From contig JAZRKN010000011.1 in the NCBI GenBank assembly GCA_045646345.1, positions 32,001 through 96,000 on the forward strand: DNA of 64,000 nucleotides, read 5' to 3'. Of this stretch, positions 32,401-42,097 are shown piece after piece. This stretch comes from Candidatus Scatovivens sp. Lineage in GTDB: Bacteria > Bacillota > Clostridia > TANB77 > CAG-508. Each line of letters starts with the position of its first letter. The first letter of the stretch is position 1. Position numbers and translations under genes: made by a program. Below the pieces are notes generated by a model, which had not been told where the DNA came from, ran no database searches, and saw only the letters and a program-made list of their open reading frames with translations.

Positions 32401-35400
32401 TATACAGTAAAATATTTAGAAAAAGAAACAGGAAATGAATTATCAGAAATAAAAACAGTAAGTGGTCAAACATATAAATCTGAAGTAACAGAAGAAGCAA
32501 TTGATATCTCAGGATATGACAAAGTTGCTCCAAACGAAAAAACAATTATAGTAGATGTTACAGGAAATGAAATTACATTCTATTATACAAAAAGAACAGA
32601 TTTAAGCTATACAGTAAAATATTTAGAACAAGGAACAAATGAAGTATTAGCTGACGAAAAAGTTGTAAATAGTCAAACATATAAATCAGTAGCAACAGAA
32701 GAAGCAATTGACATCTCAGGATATGATAAAGTAGACCCAACAGAAAAAACAATAACAATAGAAGTAACAGGAAATGAAATAATATTCTACTATACAAAAA
32801 GAACAGATTTAACTTATATAGTAAAATACTTAGAGCAAGGTTCAAATGAAGTGTTATCTGAAGATAAAGTAGTAAATAGTCAAAGATATAAAGATACAGT
32901 TACAGAAGAAGCAATTGAAATTTCAGGATATGACAAAGTAGAACCAACAGAAAAATCAATAACAGTAGAAGTAACAGGAAACGAAATTGTATTCTATTAT
33001 ACAAAACGTACAGATTTAAGTTATACGGTTAAATACTTAGAGCAAGGAACAGATAGAATTTTAGCAGAAGAGAAAGTGGTAACAGGAAGAACATATAAAG
33101 AAACAATAACAGAAGATGCAGTAAATGTAGTAGGATTTACAAAAGTAAATCCACAAGAAACAATAATTATAGAAGTATCTGATAATGAGATGATTTTTTA
33201 CTATAAAAAAGTAGAGGGATTAAGTTATACAGTAAATTATTATGAAAATGGAACAGATACAAAAGTTTCTGAAAGCAAAGTCGTTGACGGAAAAATATTT
33301 GAAGAACAAGTGACAGAAGATGCTATTGAAGTAGAAGGATATGACAAAGAAGAACCAATTCAAAAATCAATAGTAATTGGTGTTGGTGAAAATGTAATCA
33401 ATTTCTATTACACAAAGAGAAGTGATTTAGAGTATACAGTAAAATATTTAGAACAAGGAACTAATGAAGTATTAGCTGACGAAAAAGTTGTAACAGATCA
33501 AACATTTAAAATGGATGTTACAGAAGAAGCTATAGAAATATCTGGATATGACAAAGTAGAGCCAACAACTCAAACAATAACAGTAGAAGTATCCGGAAAC
33601 GAAATAATATTCTACTATACAAAGAGAGTAGACTTAAGCTACACAGTAAAATACTTAGAAGAAGGTTCAAACAACGTATTATCTGAAGATAAAGTTGTAA
33701 ATAACCAAAGATATCAAGATACAGTTACAGAAGAAGCGATAGAGATTTCAGGATATGACAAAGTAGATCCAACAGAAAAATCAATAACAGTAGAAGTAAC
33801 AGGAAACGAAATTGTATTCTATTACACAAAGAGAACAGACTTAAGTTATACAGTAAAATATTTAGAACAAGCTTCTAATGAAGTGTTGGCTGAAAATAAA
33901 GTGGTAAATAGACAAACATATAAATCAGTAGTGGCAGAAGAAGCAGTTGACATTTCAGGATATGACAAAGTAGACCCAACAGAAAAAACAATAACAATAG
34001 AAGTAACAGGAAACGAAATTATATTCTATTACACAAAGAGAACAGACTTAAGTTATACAGTTAAATATTTAGAACAAGGAACAAATGAAGTATTAGCTGA
34101 CGAAAAAGTTGTAAATAGTCAAACATATAAATCAGTAGTGACAGAAGAAGCGGTTGATATCTCAGGATATGACAAAGTAAACCCAACAGAAAAAACAATA
34201 ACAATAGAAGTAACAGGAAATGAAATAATATTCTACTATACAAAAAGAACAGATTTAACTTATATAGTAAAATATTTAGAACAAGGTTCAAATGAAGTGT
34301 TATCTGAAGATAAAGTAGTAAATGGTCAAAGATATAAAGATACAGTTACAGAAGATGCAATTGAAATTTCAGGATATGACAAAGTAGAACCAACAGAAAA
34401 AACAATAACAATAAAAGTAACAGGAAATGAAATTGTATTCTATTACACAAAACGTACAGATTTAAGTTATACAGTAAAATACTTAGAACAAGAAACTGAT
34501 AGGGTATTGGCAGAAGAAAAAGTTGTAGATGGATTAACATATAAAGCTATAGTAACAGAGAATGCAATTAATGTTTTAGGATTTACAAAAGTTAATACAC
34601 AAGAAAAAATAACAATAGGAGTAAGTGGAAATGAAATAATCTTCTATTATAAAAAAGTAGAAGGATTAGCATATACAGTAAATTACTTAGAGCAAGGAAC
34701 AAATGAAGTGGTTGCTCCAAGTAAAAATGTAGATGGAAAAACTTTTGAAGAAGTAGTAACAGAAAAAGCAATTGATGTAGAAGGATATGACAAAGTTTCT
34801 CCGATAGAATCTACAATAATAATTGGAATTGAAGAGAATGTAATTAATTTCTATTACACAAAACGTACAGATTTAAGCTATACGGTAAGATATTTAGAAC
34901 AAGATTCTAATAGGGAGTTGGCACTTGCAAAAACGGTAGATGGAAAAACATTTAAAGAGCAAATAACAGAAGTTGCAAGAGATATTGAAGGCTATAATAA
35001 AGTAGGAAACACTGAAGCAACAATAACAATCGAAGTAAATGGTAATGAAATTATATTCTACTATGCAAAGAGAACAGATTTGGCTTATACAGTAAAATAT
35101 TTAGAACAAGATACAAATGAAGTTTTATTAACAGAGAAAGTTGTAGAAGGAAGAACATTCCAAGAAGTTATAACAGAGCAAGCAGCAGATATTGCAGGTT
35201 ATAGCAAAGTTAATTTAGAAGAAACAATAACAATGGAAGTAAGTGGAAATGAAATTAAATTCTACTATACAAAGAAAACAGACATTGAGTATACAGTTGA
35301 ATTCTATTATGATGGAGTAATTGATACGTCTAAAACAGAAGTGCATCAAGGAACATTTAAAGGAATTGTTGACAATTATACAGATAATGTGATTTTCGGA

Positions 35401-37677
35401 TATAGATTAGATGAAGAAATAAACTTCCCATTACAAATTAGTGCTGATTCATCAGAAAATACAATTAAAATTTATTATGTGATTGATGATACACAAACAA
35501 AAGATATTTCATATACAGTTGAGTATTATAAAGAAGGAACATTAATTGATATAGATACACAAGTTAATACAAAAACTGTTCAAGTACTAGAACCTGACGT
35601 GTTACAAGTGAATAAAAATGATATTAATATAGTTGACAAATATTTTGGTTATAGATTAGATTCTACAGAACCTACTCAAATACCAAATGAAGTTAACAAT
35701 GGAGATGTAATTAGAGTTTATTATGTAATTGACGAAGGAAATACTAAAAAATTAACATATACAGTTGAATATTACAAAGAAGGTGTTTTAGTCGAAAATG
35801 ATACACAAACAGTAAGTGAAACTGTTCAAATATTACAACCAGATACTTTAGATGTTAGAAAAGGTGAAATCAATACATTAAATAAATATGTTGGATACAA
35901 ATTAAAAGAAACAACACCAGCTATAATTCCGGACAAAATAGCTACAGGGGAAACAATTAAAGTTTACTATGTAATTGATGAAAACCAAAGAAAAGATTTA
36001 AGCTATACAATTGAATATTATAAAGATGGTATATTACAACCAGAAGAAACAAAAGAAGTTTCTATAAATGTACAATTACTAAAACCTGATACAATTCCTG
36101 TAGATAAAGCAGAAATGGTATTGTCAGGAAAATATGTAGGATACAGATTAGAAAAAACTTCACCATCTGAAATTCCAACTATAGCTAATAATGGAGATGT
36201 AATTAGAATTTATTACATTAAAGATCAATTTAACTATACTGTAGAATATTACTATGATGGACAAATTGATAATACAAAAACAGATGTATTTACAGCTACA
36301 TATGATGATGTAATTACAGAATATGCAGATAAAAACATATTTGGTTACAGATTAGAGAAAACTGAAAGACTACCACTTAAAGTTTCTGAAAAACCAGAAG
36401 AAAATGTTATTAAAGTATATTATATAGTTGATGATGGAAATACAAAAACTTTAAGTTATAAAGTAGAATATTATATGGATGGTATCTTACAAGAAGGTGA
36501 TACTCAAATAGAATATAAAACAGTTCAAATATTACAACCAGACACATTAAATGTTGATAAATCAAAAATTAATTTGGTTGACAAATATGTGGGATATAAA
36601 CTTGAAAAAACAGAACCAAATTCAATACCAGATGTTGCTACAACAGGTGATGTATACAAAGTTTATTATGTGAAAGATACATTTGGCTATATAGTAGAAT
36701 ATTACTATGAAGGACAATTAAAAGAAGAGAAAACAGAATCATTATCAGCATTATATGATGTAATGATTGATACATATCCAAATAAAGATGAAGGAAAATA
36801 CTATGTAGATTATACAGAAAATTTCCCAATGAAAATCTCTGAGAATACAAATAATAATGTAATAAAAGTTCATTATGAAAAAAGATTATCAACAATAACT
36901 GTTCATTATTATTGTGATAATATGAATGATTCAGAAAAAGTGACAAATGCAGGAAATGGAACAACAGGAGAAGGTGAATCAAAAAATAAAAAAGTTTCAA
37001 TAAGTCAAGATATTGTTATAGAAGATAAGGTTGATACTGTTCATAAAATTTCTGAAGCAACAGATATTTCAGAAAAATATATACTAGTTTCAAAACCTGA
37101 AAAAGAAGAAATAACAATGACTGTTGAATCTCAAGAATTTGAATATATTTATAGATTAAAAGAAACAAAAGTTATCGTAAACTTTATTAATCAATTAACA
37201 GGTGAAATATTAGCAACAGATATTATTAAAGGACAAGTAGATGACATGTATCACGCTGTGCCTAAAGATATGCCTGGATTTGGATTTAAGCATGATGAAA
37301 TTCCAGAAAATGAAATTGGAAAAATGACTATGGAACCAATTACAGTAAATTTCTACTATCAACCATCTCCACAAGGAGAACCACCAGTAGCTGCTGTTAC
37401 ACCAGCTGAAAAACACAATTTTAAAGGGCAAGGACCTGCAACAGGTGATAGTATAGTAATTGTTTCTATGACTATTGTAGTGGCAATTATTGCTATAAAT
37501 ATTAATCAAGGAAAAACATTAAAAGTAAATACAAAAGATTTATTAAAAGGAGGTAAAAGAGTAAGAAAAGAGAGAATAGTTGGTAAACACCACACTGCCA
37601 AAAAACCAACTAGAGTGGCTAGAATGGAAAAAACTAGCAGAGTAGAAAAGAGTTGTAGAAGACAACGAAAACACTAA
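26488..37677 (+). CDS. Giant adhesin with InlB-B/Flg_new repeats and about 28 MucBP-like repeats, sortase-type anchor
   Basis: RBS ggagg; PTYSGYVFDGW, FEGWYQD...LYAKW, YTVTFNTNGG; tandem RTDLSYTVKYLE...ISGYDKV...NEIIFYYTK units; GPATG + TM + long basic tail. Confidence 0.88.
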   Translation: MKFNLKGKKLILLIALLIFLATIAIFGISSKEISFISAITKSSKDLQYYDENTVFVLFTKYLDENQSVIAATSVQTQTVDKLDYKVNIPQIDGYTPLVNELEGVLDKEGMEYLESLDYVKVVKKENIYNIYITITYDAAASAYSVVYYEQKADLSGYTEVSRENFGGTTGNYTGEVYTGDEVTITPEEKTGFILNTEKTKLNGKVEAFGKKEFGIYYDRKPYYLYTFNTGDSYYEPMIVKYGQEINLTEEPTYSGYVFDGWKYSTSMDGEKIEKPSTMPAYNIYAEAQWIRSDTHYTLSYYTQNPDDDGYTNIGTAEVAAVSGDNLKDKDQASLKTIIENGFNTARGDTAEYYYYNEEKTKTENNDFDIVVQGKGITVVPIYFDRHLYNITLDFDDDDYSTSALVTKNGETHTGSYTFQARYEQNLLKDWITANDFTTFPKSSNRTYYFKGWQADGNSTTYVSLRLNLTSTMIEDADSDRNIVYNAQYSTSSTSRQLIYLFESFDQTSAASGDTRRKYNGKFYDEASEYRQTVYTSSSMSAKEITGVTSIGQQSSNGKYYFYYNRNVLKITLYNMNNVHIEKELLYGQGMEEFVDTQLNPEDFSLETPGTKDWIFEGWYQDSNFKVPMVWTNDDGTYKTITDNLVLYAKWSAPTYTVTFNTNGGTWTETDSRYVKVDNNTYTLTVEEGESLIKPANPTKMGNVASAWNYDVNSESVEYLFSDSQKVYSDLTLDLQYTPNANIPYKVRYIEAQYKDGVLLEDVSQYTNIVDLAPAKEVYNNTFGSTVSELPLDIYDNENEDNYFVVNLRSEELTLVSEDIEDNVIYFMYAKNPIVPYTVYYVKYQEDSNGNPIRYDFGDIPSDDVLLGKKSSTVAAGYATEIANDIDGWTINGSYSQTIKLTLKASENTMYFYYNENEQGEYLINFFFMNSNGQYETTPNYTYRAEEAAGKVLYGKDFDKFTFVGGATEADYDGRYYDLDKCQDAYLIVTTTEETSAMDLYFANRTDLSYTVKYQDEEGNSLLADKVVNNLMYSSLVTEDAPAINGYNVVNNENRKSITIGTNTNEIIFTYAKRTDLKYTVNYYLEGTNTPVTSAKVVTGQTFQASITENAIDIDGYTKVAPITDTIVLGTGENVINFYYNIRTDLSYTVKYLEQGTNTELKTAKTVNNMTYKTTATEEAVDVEGYDKVNPSQKTITIDVTGNEIVFYYTKRTDLSYTVRYLEQGTNTEVAAVKTVNGQTFKAIITEQAKDISGYNKVAPTSQTITIDVTGNEIVFYYTKRTDLSYTVKYLEQGTNNELSTKTVNNKTYQSKVTEESIDIAGYNKVDPTEKTITIDVTGNEIVFYYTKRTDLSYTVKYLEQDSNVELKEEKIVNGQTFEATVTEAAVDVEGYDKVNPTESLVIKVTGNEIVFYYTKRTDLSYIVKYLEQDSNIELKETKTVNGQTYKSIAKENAIDIEGYDKVEPTEKSVTIEVSGNEIIFYYTKRTDLSYTVKYLEQGSNIELKETKVVTDQTFEMDVTENAEDISGYDKVNPTTQTITIKVSGNEIVFYYTKRTDLSYTVKYFEQGTNEVLADEKVVNGQTYKSVVTEKAIDISGYDKVDPTEKSITIEVTGNEIIFYYTKRTDLSYTIKYLEEGSNEVLADEKLVNGQTYKSVAKENAIDIEGYDKVDPTEKTITIEVTGNEIIFYYTKRTDLSYTVKYLEEGSNEVLADEKVVNSQTYKSEVTEEAIDISGYDKVDPTEKTITIEVTGNEIVFYYTKRTDLSYTVKYLEQGTDKEVSTIKTVNNKTYKSAATEEAIDVEGYNKVDPTAKTITIEVTGNEIVFYYTKRTDLSYTVKYLEQTTGRVLAEEKVVTGKAFKETVTVEAVDVVGFAKINPTESLIIEVAGNEIIFYYKKIDGLSYTVNYLEQENNQLIATSKIVDGKTFEEQVKEEAIDVEGYDKVDPIEASIVIGVGENVINFYYTKRTDLSYTVKYLEKETGNELSEIKTVSGQTYKSEVTEEAIDISGYDKVAPNEKTIIVDVTGNEITFYYTKRTDLSYTVKYLEQGTNEVLADEKVVNSQTYKSVATEEAIDISGYDKVDPTEKTITIEVTGNEIIFYYTKRTDLTYIVKYLEQGSNEVLSEDKVVNSQRYKDTVTEEAIEISGYDKVEPTEKSITVEVTGNEIVFYYTKRTDLSYTVKYLEQGTDRILAEEKVVTGRTYKETITEDAVNVVGFTKVNPQETIIIEVSDNEMIFYYKKVEGLSYTVNYYENGTDTKVSESKVVDGKIFEEQVTEDAIEVEGYDKEEPIQKSIVIGVGENVINFYYTKRSDLEYTVKYLEQGTNEVLADEKVVTDQTFKMDVTEEAIEISGYDKVEPTTQTITVEVSGNEIIFYYTKRVDLSYTVKYLEEGSNNVLSEDKVVNNQRYQDTVTEEAIEISGYDKVDPTEKSITVEVTGNEIVFYYTKRTDLSYTVKYLEQASNEVLAENKVVNRQTYKSVVAEEAVDISGYDKVDPTEKTITIEVTGNEIIFYYTKRTDLSYTVKYLEQGTNEVLADEKVVNSQTYKSVVTEEAVDISGYDKVNPTEKTITIEVTGNEIIFYYTKRTDLTYIVKYLEQGSNEVLSEDKVVNGQRYKDTVTEDAIEISGYDKVEPTEKTITIKVTGNEIVFYYTKRTDLSYTVKYLEQETDRVLAEEKVVDGLTYKAIVTENAINVLGFTKVNTQEKITIGVSGNEIIFYYKKVEGLAYTVNYLEQGTNEVVAPSKNVDGKTFEEVVTEKAIDVEGYDKVSPIESTIIIGIEENVINFYYTKRTDLSYTVRYLEQDSNRELALAKTVDGKTFKEQITEVARDIEGYNKVGNTEATITIEVNGNEIIFYYAKRTDLAYTVKYLEQDTNEVLLTEKVVEGRTFQEVITEQAADIAGYSKVNLEETITMEVSGNEIKFYYTKKTDIEYTVEFYYDGVIDTSKTEVHQGTFKGIVDNYTDNVIFGYRLDEEINFPLQISADSSENTIKIYYVIDDTQTKDISYTVEYYKEGTLIDIDTQVNTKTVQVLEPDVLQVNKNDINIVDKYFGYRLDSTEPTQIPNEVNNGDVIRVYYVIDEGNTKKLTYTVEYYKEGVLVENDTQTVSETVQILQPDTLDVRKGEINTLNKYVGYKLKETTPAIIPDKIATGETIKVYYVIDENQRKDLSYTIEYYKDGILQPEETKEVSINVQLLKPDTIPVDKAEMVLSGKYVGYRLEKTSPSEIPTIANNGDVIRIYYIKDQFNYTVEYYYDGQIDNTKTDVFTATYDDVITEYADKNIFGYRLEKTERLPLKVSEKPEENVIKVYYIVDDGNTKTLSYKVEYYMDGILQEGDTQIEYKTVQILQPDTLNVDKSKINLVDKYVGYKLEKTEPNSIPDVATTGDVYKVYYVKDTFGYIVEYYYEGQLKEEKTESLSALYDVMIDTYPNKDEGKYYVDYTENFPMKISENTNNNVIKVHYEKRLSTITVHYYCDNMNDSEKVTNAGNGTTGEGESKNKKVSISQDIVIEDKVDTVHKISEATDISEKYILVSKPEKEEITMTVESQEFEYIYRLKETKVIVNFINQLTGEILATDIIKGQVDDMYHAVPKDMPGFGFKHDEIPENEIGKMTMEPITVNFYYQPSPQGEPPVAAVTPAEKHNFKGQGPATGDSIVIVSMTIVVAIIAININQGKTLKVNTKDLLKGGKRVRKERIVGKHHTAKKPTRVARMEKTSRVEKSCRRQRKH
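29497..35274 (+). repeat. Array of about 28 coding repeats of ~207 bp (MucBP-like)
   Basis: Counted from the translation; units of 68-69 aa. Confidence 0.9.
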
Positions 37678-37710
37678 TATAAAAAATAAATAAATTTAAT
37701 AAAAAGTTAT

Positions 37711-37747
37711 GAAAAGGTTTACAAATTCCGAACTTGTAAGCCTTTTC
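37711..37747 (+). terminator. Hairpin / probable terminator
   Basis: gaaaaggtttacaa...ttgtaagccttttc. Confidence 0.65.
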
Positions 37748-37944
37748 GTGCTGTTTGAAATGTTTTAATGAATTAATAAAGGCTCTATGTAATAAGAGTA
37801 AAAAAGTAAGAAAAATGATGGGAATTTTCTATAAATAATGATTATGCTTTTTATGGAAAAAAAGTTGTTACAGAAAAAATTAAAAATTTTTGAAATAAAA
37901 CGCGTCAAAACCTCGATTTCCCTAAGAAAAATATCAAAAAAAGC

Positions 37945-37973
37945 TTGACTATTTACTTATATTAATATATAAT
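37945..37973 (+). promoter_or_regulatory. SigA-type promoter of rpoBC
   Basis: TTGACT-17bp-TATAAT. Confidence 0.7.
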
Positions 37974-37975
37974 AT

Positions 37976-38140
37976 TGTAGTGATTTTAGGGGATAAGTCC
38001 GTCTTGTTTACCCTAGAATAATTATTACAGAAATTTAATAGGAGGAATTGATTAGGAGTGGAACTACTAGAAAATAGCGTTTTTTGGCAGGGATGCTATG
38101 GGCTGGTAACAACCTTCTATTGCAAGAGGGACCTATTAAG
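37976..38140 (+). ncRNA. Putative structured rpoB leader RNA
   Basis: Long hairpin 37976-38029; multibranch domain closed by ttaatagg (38035-42) / cctattaa (38132-39). Confidence 0.45.
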
Positions 38141-38189
38141 TTAATATATACATTACCTGCTAAATATTAAGTGAAGGTGGTATTTTATT

Positions 38190-41100
38190 TTGGGAAAAGT
38201 AAAAGTAAAAGACATTGTACATGAGAAAAGTGTACGTAAAACTTTTTCTAAAATTGGAGATTTCGTAGAAATCCCTAATTTGTTAAAAGTTCAAAAAGAT
38301 TCTTATGACTGGTTCATTAAAGAAGGATTAGGAGAAGTATTAAGAGATATTTCACCTATCGTGGACTATTCAGGAAATTTAGTTTTAGAATTCTTTGATT
38401 ACTACATGGAAGAAAAAACTAAATATACTTTAGAAGAATCTAAAGAAAGAGATGCTACTTATTCTACAAGACTTCACGTTAAAGTTAGATTAATTAACCG
38501 TGAAACTGGAGAAATTAAGGAGCAAGAAATTTATTTAGGAGACTTCCCACTTATGACAGAAAGTGGAACTTTCGTTATAAATGGTGCTGAGAGGGTTGTA
38601 GTAAGCCAATTAGTTCGTTCTCCTGGATGTTACTTTGATTCAAGCTACGACAAAACTGGTAAAAAATTATATACTGGTTCTGTAATGCCAATAAGAGGAG
38701 CTTGGATTGAATATGAAACAGACAGTAACGACATTTTCTGGGTAAGATTAGACAGAACTAGAAAATTACCAGTTACATGTTTATTAAGAGCTATAGGATT
38801 AGATACTGACGAAAAAATAATTGATTTTTTCGGAGAAGAAGATAAAATTTTAGCAACAATCGCTAAAGATCCTATAAAAAATGCTGATGAAGCTTTAATT
38901 GAAATCTACAAAAAATTAAGACCAGGTGAATTACCTACTGTAGATGCAGCAAGAAGCTTATTCGATGGATTATTCTTCGACAACAGAAGATATGATTTAT
39001 CAAAAGTTGGTAGATACAAATACAACAAAAAATTAAACTTAGCTTCAAGAATTGCTAACCATATTTCATGTGATTCAATAGTTAATCCAGAAACTGGAGA
39101 AGTTTTAGTTGAAAAAGACGAAAAAATTTCTAGAGAAGTAGCTAAAGAAATTCAAGATGCTGGTATTAATGTTGTATATGTTAATATTGAAGGAAAAAGA
39201 GCTAAAGTTATAGGAAATGGAACTGTTGATATAAGAGCTTATGTTGATCCAAAAATAGCAGAAGACTTAAAAATTAAAGTTGATGTTAACTATGGAGTAT
39301 TACAACATATCTTAGAAACAGCAAAAAATGATAAAGAATTAAGAAAAGCTATAGAAGAAAGTATGGATGAATTAATTCCAAAACATATCGTAACAGAAGA
39401 TATCCTTGCTTCTATAAACTACTTATTAAACTTAGAATACAATGTATTAATAGCAGACCCAGCAAAACCAAGATTAGGTGTTATAGATGATATAGATCAT
39501 TTAGGAAACAGAAGAATTAGATGTGTTGGTGAGTTATTACAAAACCAATTTAGAATTGGTTTAACAAGATTAGAAAGAGTTGTTCGTGAAAGAATGACAC
39601 TTCAAGATTTAGATGTTGTAACACCACAAAGTTTAATTAACACAAAACCAATTACATCATCAATTAGAGAATTCTTCGGAAGTTCTCAATTATCTCAATT
39701 CATGGATCAAACTAACCCATTATCAGAATTAACTCATAAGAGAAGAATTTCAGCATTAGGACCAGGTGGTTTATCTAGAGAAAGAGCTGGTTTTGAAGTT
39801 CGTGATATTCACTATACTCACTATGGTAGATTATGTCCAATTGAATCTCCTGAAGGTCCAAACATCGGATTAATCTCAGCACTTTCAACATTTGCTATTA
39901 TTAATGAATATGGATTTATCGAAACTCCATACAGAAAAATAGATAAAGAAACATGTAAAGTAACTGATGAAGTTAAATACATGACAGCTGATGAAGAAGA
40001 TCAATACATTATTTGCCAAGCTTCTGAAGAATTAGATGAAAACGGATGCTTAGTAAATAAAAGAGTTAGAGTAAGAGACAGAGCTGAAATTAAAGAAATT
40101 GCAAAAGAAATGGTAGATTATATCGACGTTTCTCCAAAACAATTAGTTTCAGTTGGTGCAGCAATGATACCTTTCTTAGAGCATGATGACGCTAACCGTG
40201 CCCTAATGGGATCAAACATGCAACGTCAAGCTGTTCCTTTAATGATTACAGATTCTCCAATGGTTGGAACTGGAATCGAATACAAAGCTGCTAAAGATTC
40301 AGGTGTTATGATACTTGCTGATGAAAACGGTGTTGTAGAAAAAGTAGAAGGTGACAAAATCGTTATTAAAAACGAAGCTGGACAAAAGAAAACTTATGTA
40401 TTAAGAAAATTCAAGAGAACAAATGGTAGTACATGTATTAACCAAAGACCAATAGTTAAAGAAGGAGAAATAGTTAAACGTGGTGATGTTATCGCCGACG
40501 GACCAGCTACTCAAAACGGAGAAATGGCTTTAGGTAAAAACTTACTTATCGCATTTACTACTTGGGAAGGTTATAACTACGAGGATGCTATTCTATTAAA
40601 TGAAAGATTAGTAAAAGAAGATGTTTTAACATCTATGCACATAGAAGATTACGATTGCGAATGTCGTGATACAAAATTAGGACCAGAAGAAATCACAAGA
40701 GATATACCAAACGTTGGTGAAGATTCTTTAAGAGATCTTGACGAAAATGGTATTATCAGAATTGGTGCTGAAGTTAGACCAGGTGATATCTTAGTTGGTA
40801 AAGTTACTCCAAAAGGAGAAACAGAATTAACTGCTGAAGAAAGATTATTAAGAGCTATCTTCGGTGAAAAAGCTAGAGAAGTTAGAGATACATCATTAAG
40901 AGTTCCACATGGTGAAGCTGGAACAATCGTTGACGTTAAAGTATTTACAAGAGAAAATTCAGACGAATTAGCTCCAGGAGTAAATCAAGTAATCAGAATT
41001 TATATCGCTCAAAAGAGAAAAATCTCTGTTGGTGATAAAATGGCTGGACGTCACGGAAACAAAGGTGTTATTTCAAGAATATTACCAGAAGAAGATATGC

Positions 41101-41936
41101 CATTCTTACCAGATGGAACACCAGTAGACGTTGTATTAAACCCACTTGGTGTACCTTCTCGTATGAACTTAGGGCAAGTTTTAGAAGTTCACTTAGGTGC
41201 AGCTGCAAGACTATTAGGATGGAAAATGGCTACACCAGTATTTGATGGTGCAACAGAAGAAGATATCGAATCTATGTTAGAAATGGCTGGACTTGAGACT
41301 TCAGGAAAAACAACATTGTATGATGGTAGAACTGGAGAAGCATTTGATAAACCAGTTACAGTTGGTGTAATGTACATGTTAAAACTTCACCACTTAGTTG
41401 ATGATAAAATACATGCTCGTTCTACTGGACCATACTCACTTGTTACTCAACAACCACTTGGAGGTAAAGCTCAATTCGGTGGACAAAGATTTGGTGAGAT
41501 GGAGGTTTGGGCACTTGAAGCTTATGGTGCTGCTTACACATTACAAGAAATCTTAACAGTAAAATCTGACGATGTTGTAGGTAGGGTAAAAACTTATGAA
41601 GCTATCGTTAAAGGTGAAAATATTCCTGAACCAGGAATTCCAGAATCTTTCAAAGTATTAATAAAAGAACTTCAATCTTTAGGATTAGATGTTAAACTTT
41701 ATAGTGAAACAAACGAAGAGATTGAAATTAAAGAACATACTGAAGAAGGTATGGACGGAATTGAAGAAAGAATCGACGAAAGTGAACTTGAAGCAGATAA
41801 CTTAATAGAAGTTTCTGAAGACGAATTAGAAGAACAAGATGATTTAGAAGATGAATTCTTCACAAATATATTAGATGATGAAGATATTTCTGATGATGAA
41901 ATATTTACAGATTTAGATTCTGAAGACGAAGACTAA
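38190..41936 (+). CDS. rpoB: RNA polymerase beta subunit
   Basis: TTG start with RBS gaaggtgg; [65 protein letters not shown]. Confidence 0.99.
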   Translation: MGKVKVKDIVHEKSVRKTFSKIGDFVEIPNLLKVQKDSYDWFIKEGLGEVLRDISPIVDYSGNLVLEFFDYYMEEKTKYTLEESKERDATYSTRLHVKVRLINRETGEIKEQEIYLGDFPLMTESGTFVINGAERVVVSQLVRSPGCYFDSSYDKTGKKLYTGSVMPIRGAWIEYETDSNDIFWVRLDRTRKLPVTCLLRAIGLDTDEKIIDFFGEEDKILATIAKDPIKNADEALIEIYKKLRPGELPTVDAARSLFDGLFFDNRRYDLSKVGRYKYNKKLNLASRIANHISCDSIVNPETGEVLVEKDEKISREVAKEIQDAGINVVYVNIEGKRAKVIGNGTVDIRAYVDPKIAEDLKIKVDVNYGVLQHILETAKNDKELRKAIEESMDELIPKHIVTEDILASINYLLNLEYNVLIADPAKPRLGVIDDIDHLGNRRIRCVGELLQNQFRIGLTRLERVVRERMTLQDLDVVTPQSLINTKPITSSIREFFGSSQLSQFMDQTNPLSELTHKRRISALGPGGLSRERAGFEVRDIHYTHYGRLCPIESPEGPNIGLISALSTFAIINEYGFIETPYRKIDKETCKVTDEVKYMTADEEDQYIICQASEELDENGCLVNKRVRVRDRAEIKEIAKEMVDYIDVSPKQLVSVGAAMIPFLEHDDANRALMGSNMQRQAVPLMITDSPMVGTGIEYKAAKDSGVMILADENGVVEKVEGDKIVIKNEAGQKKTYVLRKFKRTNGSTCINQRPIVKEGEIVKRGDVIADGPATQNGEMALGKNLLIAFTTWEGYNYEDAILLNERLVKEDVLTSMHIEDYDCECRDTKLGPEEITRDIPNVGEDSLRDLDENGIIRIGAEVRPGDILVGKVTPKGETELTAEERLLRAIFGEKAREVRDTSLRVPHGEAGTIVDVKVFTRENSDELAPGVNQVIRIYIAQKRKISVGDKMAGRHGNKGVISRILPEEDMPFLPDGTPVDVVLNPLGVPSRMNLGQVLEVHLGAAARLLGWKMATPVFDGATEEDIESMLEMAGLETSGKTTLYDGRTGEAFDKPVTVGVMYMLKLHHLVDDKIHARSTGPYSLVTQQPLGGKAQFGGQRFGEMEVWALEAYGAAYTLQEILTVKSDDVVGRVKTYEAIVKGENIPEPGIPESFKVLIKELQSLGLDVKLYSETNEEIEIKEHTEEGMDGIEERIDESELEADNLIEVSEDELEEQDDLEDEFFTNILDDEDISDDEIFTDLDSEDED

Positions 41937-42097
41937 TAAATAAATTTTATAATTAAATATTAAATGTTTCTAAGGTGTTTTGAATTCATAATAAAATGTG
42001 CAGCAGTGTATATTCAAAATACCTTGGGAATACGGTAAATATAATATTTGCCACCTAAATAAAAATAAATTTAAAAATTAAGGGGGCTACTTTAAAA

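Noticed and set aside
29497-35274. Regular repeat array as possible CRISPR
   Set aside because: Units are ~207 bp, in frame and coding, with no unique spacers and no cas genes
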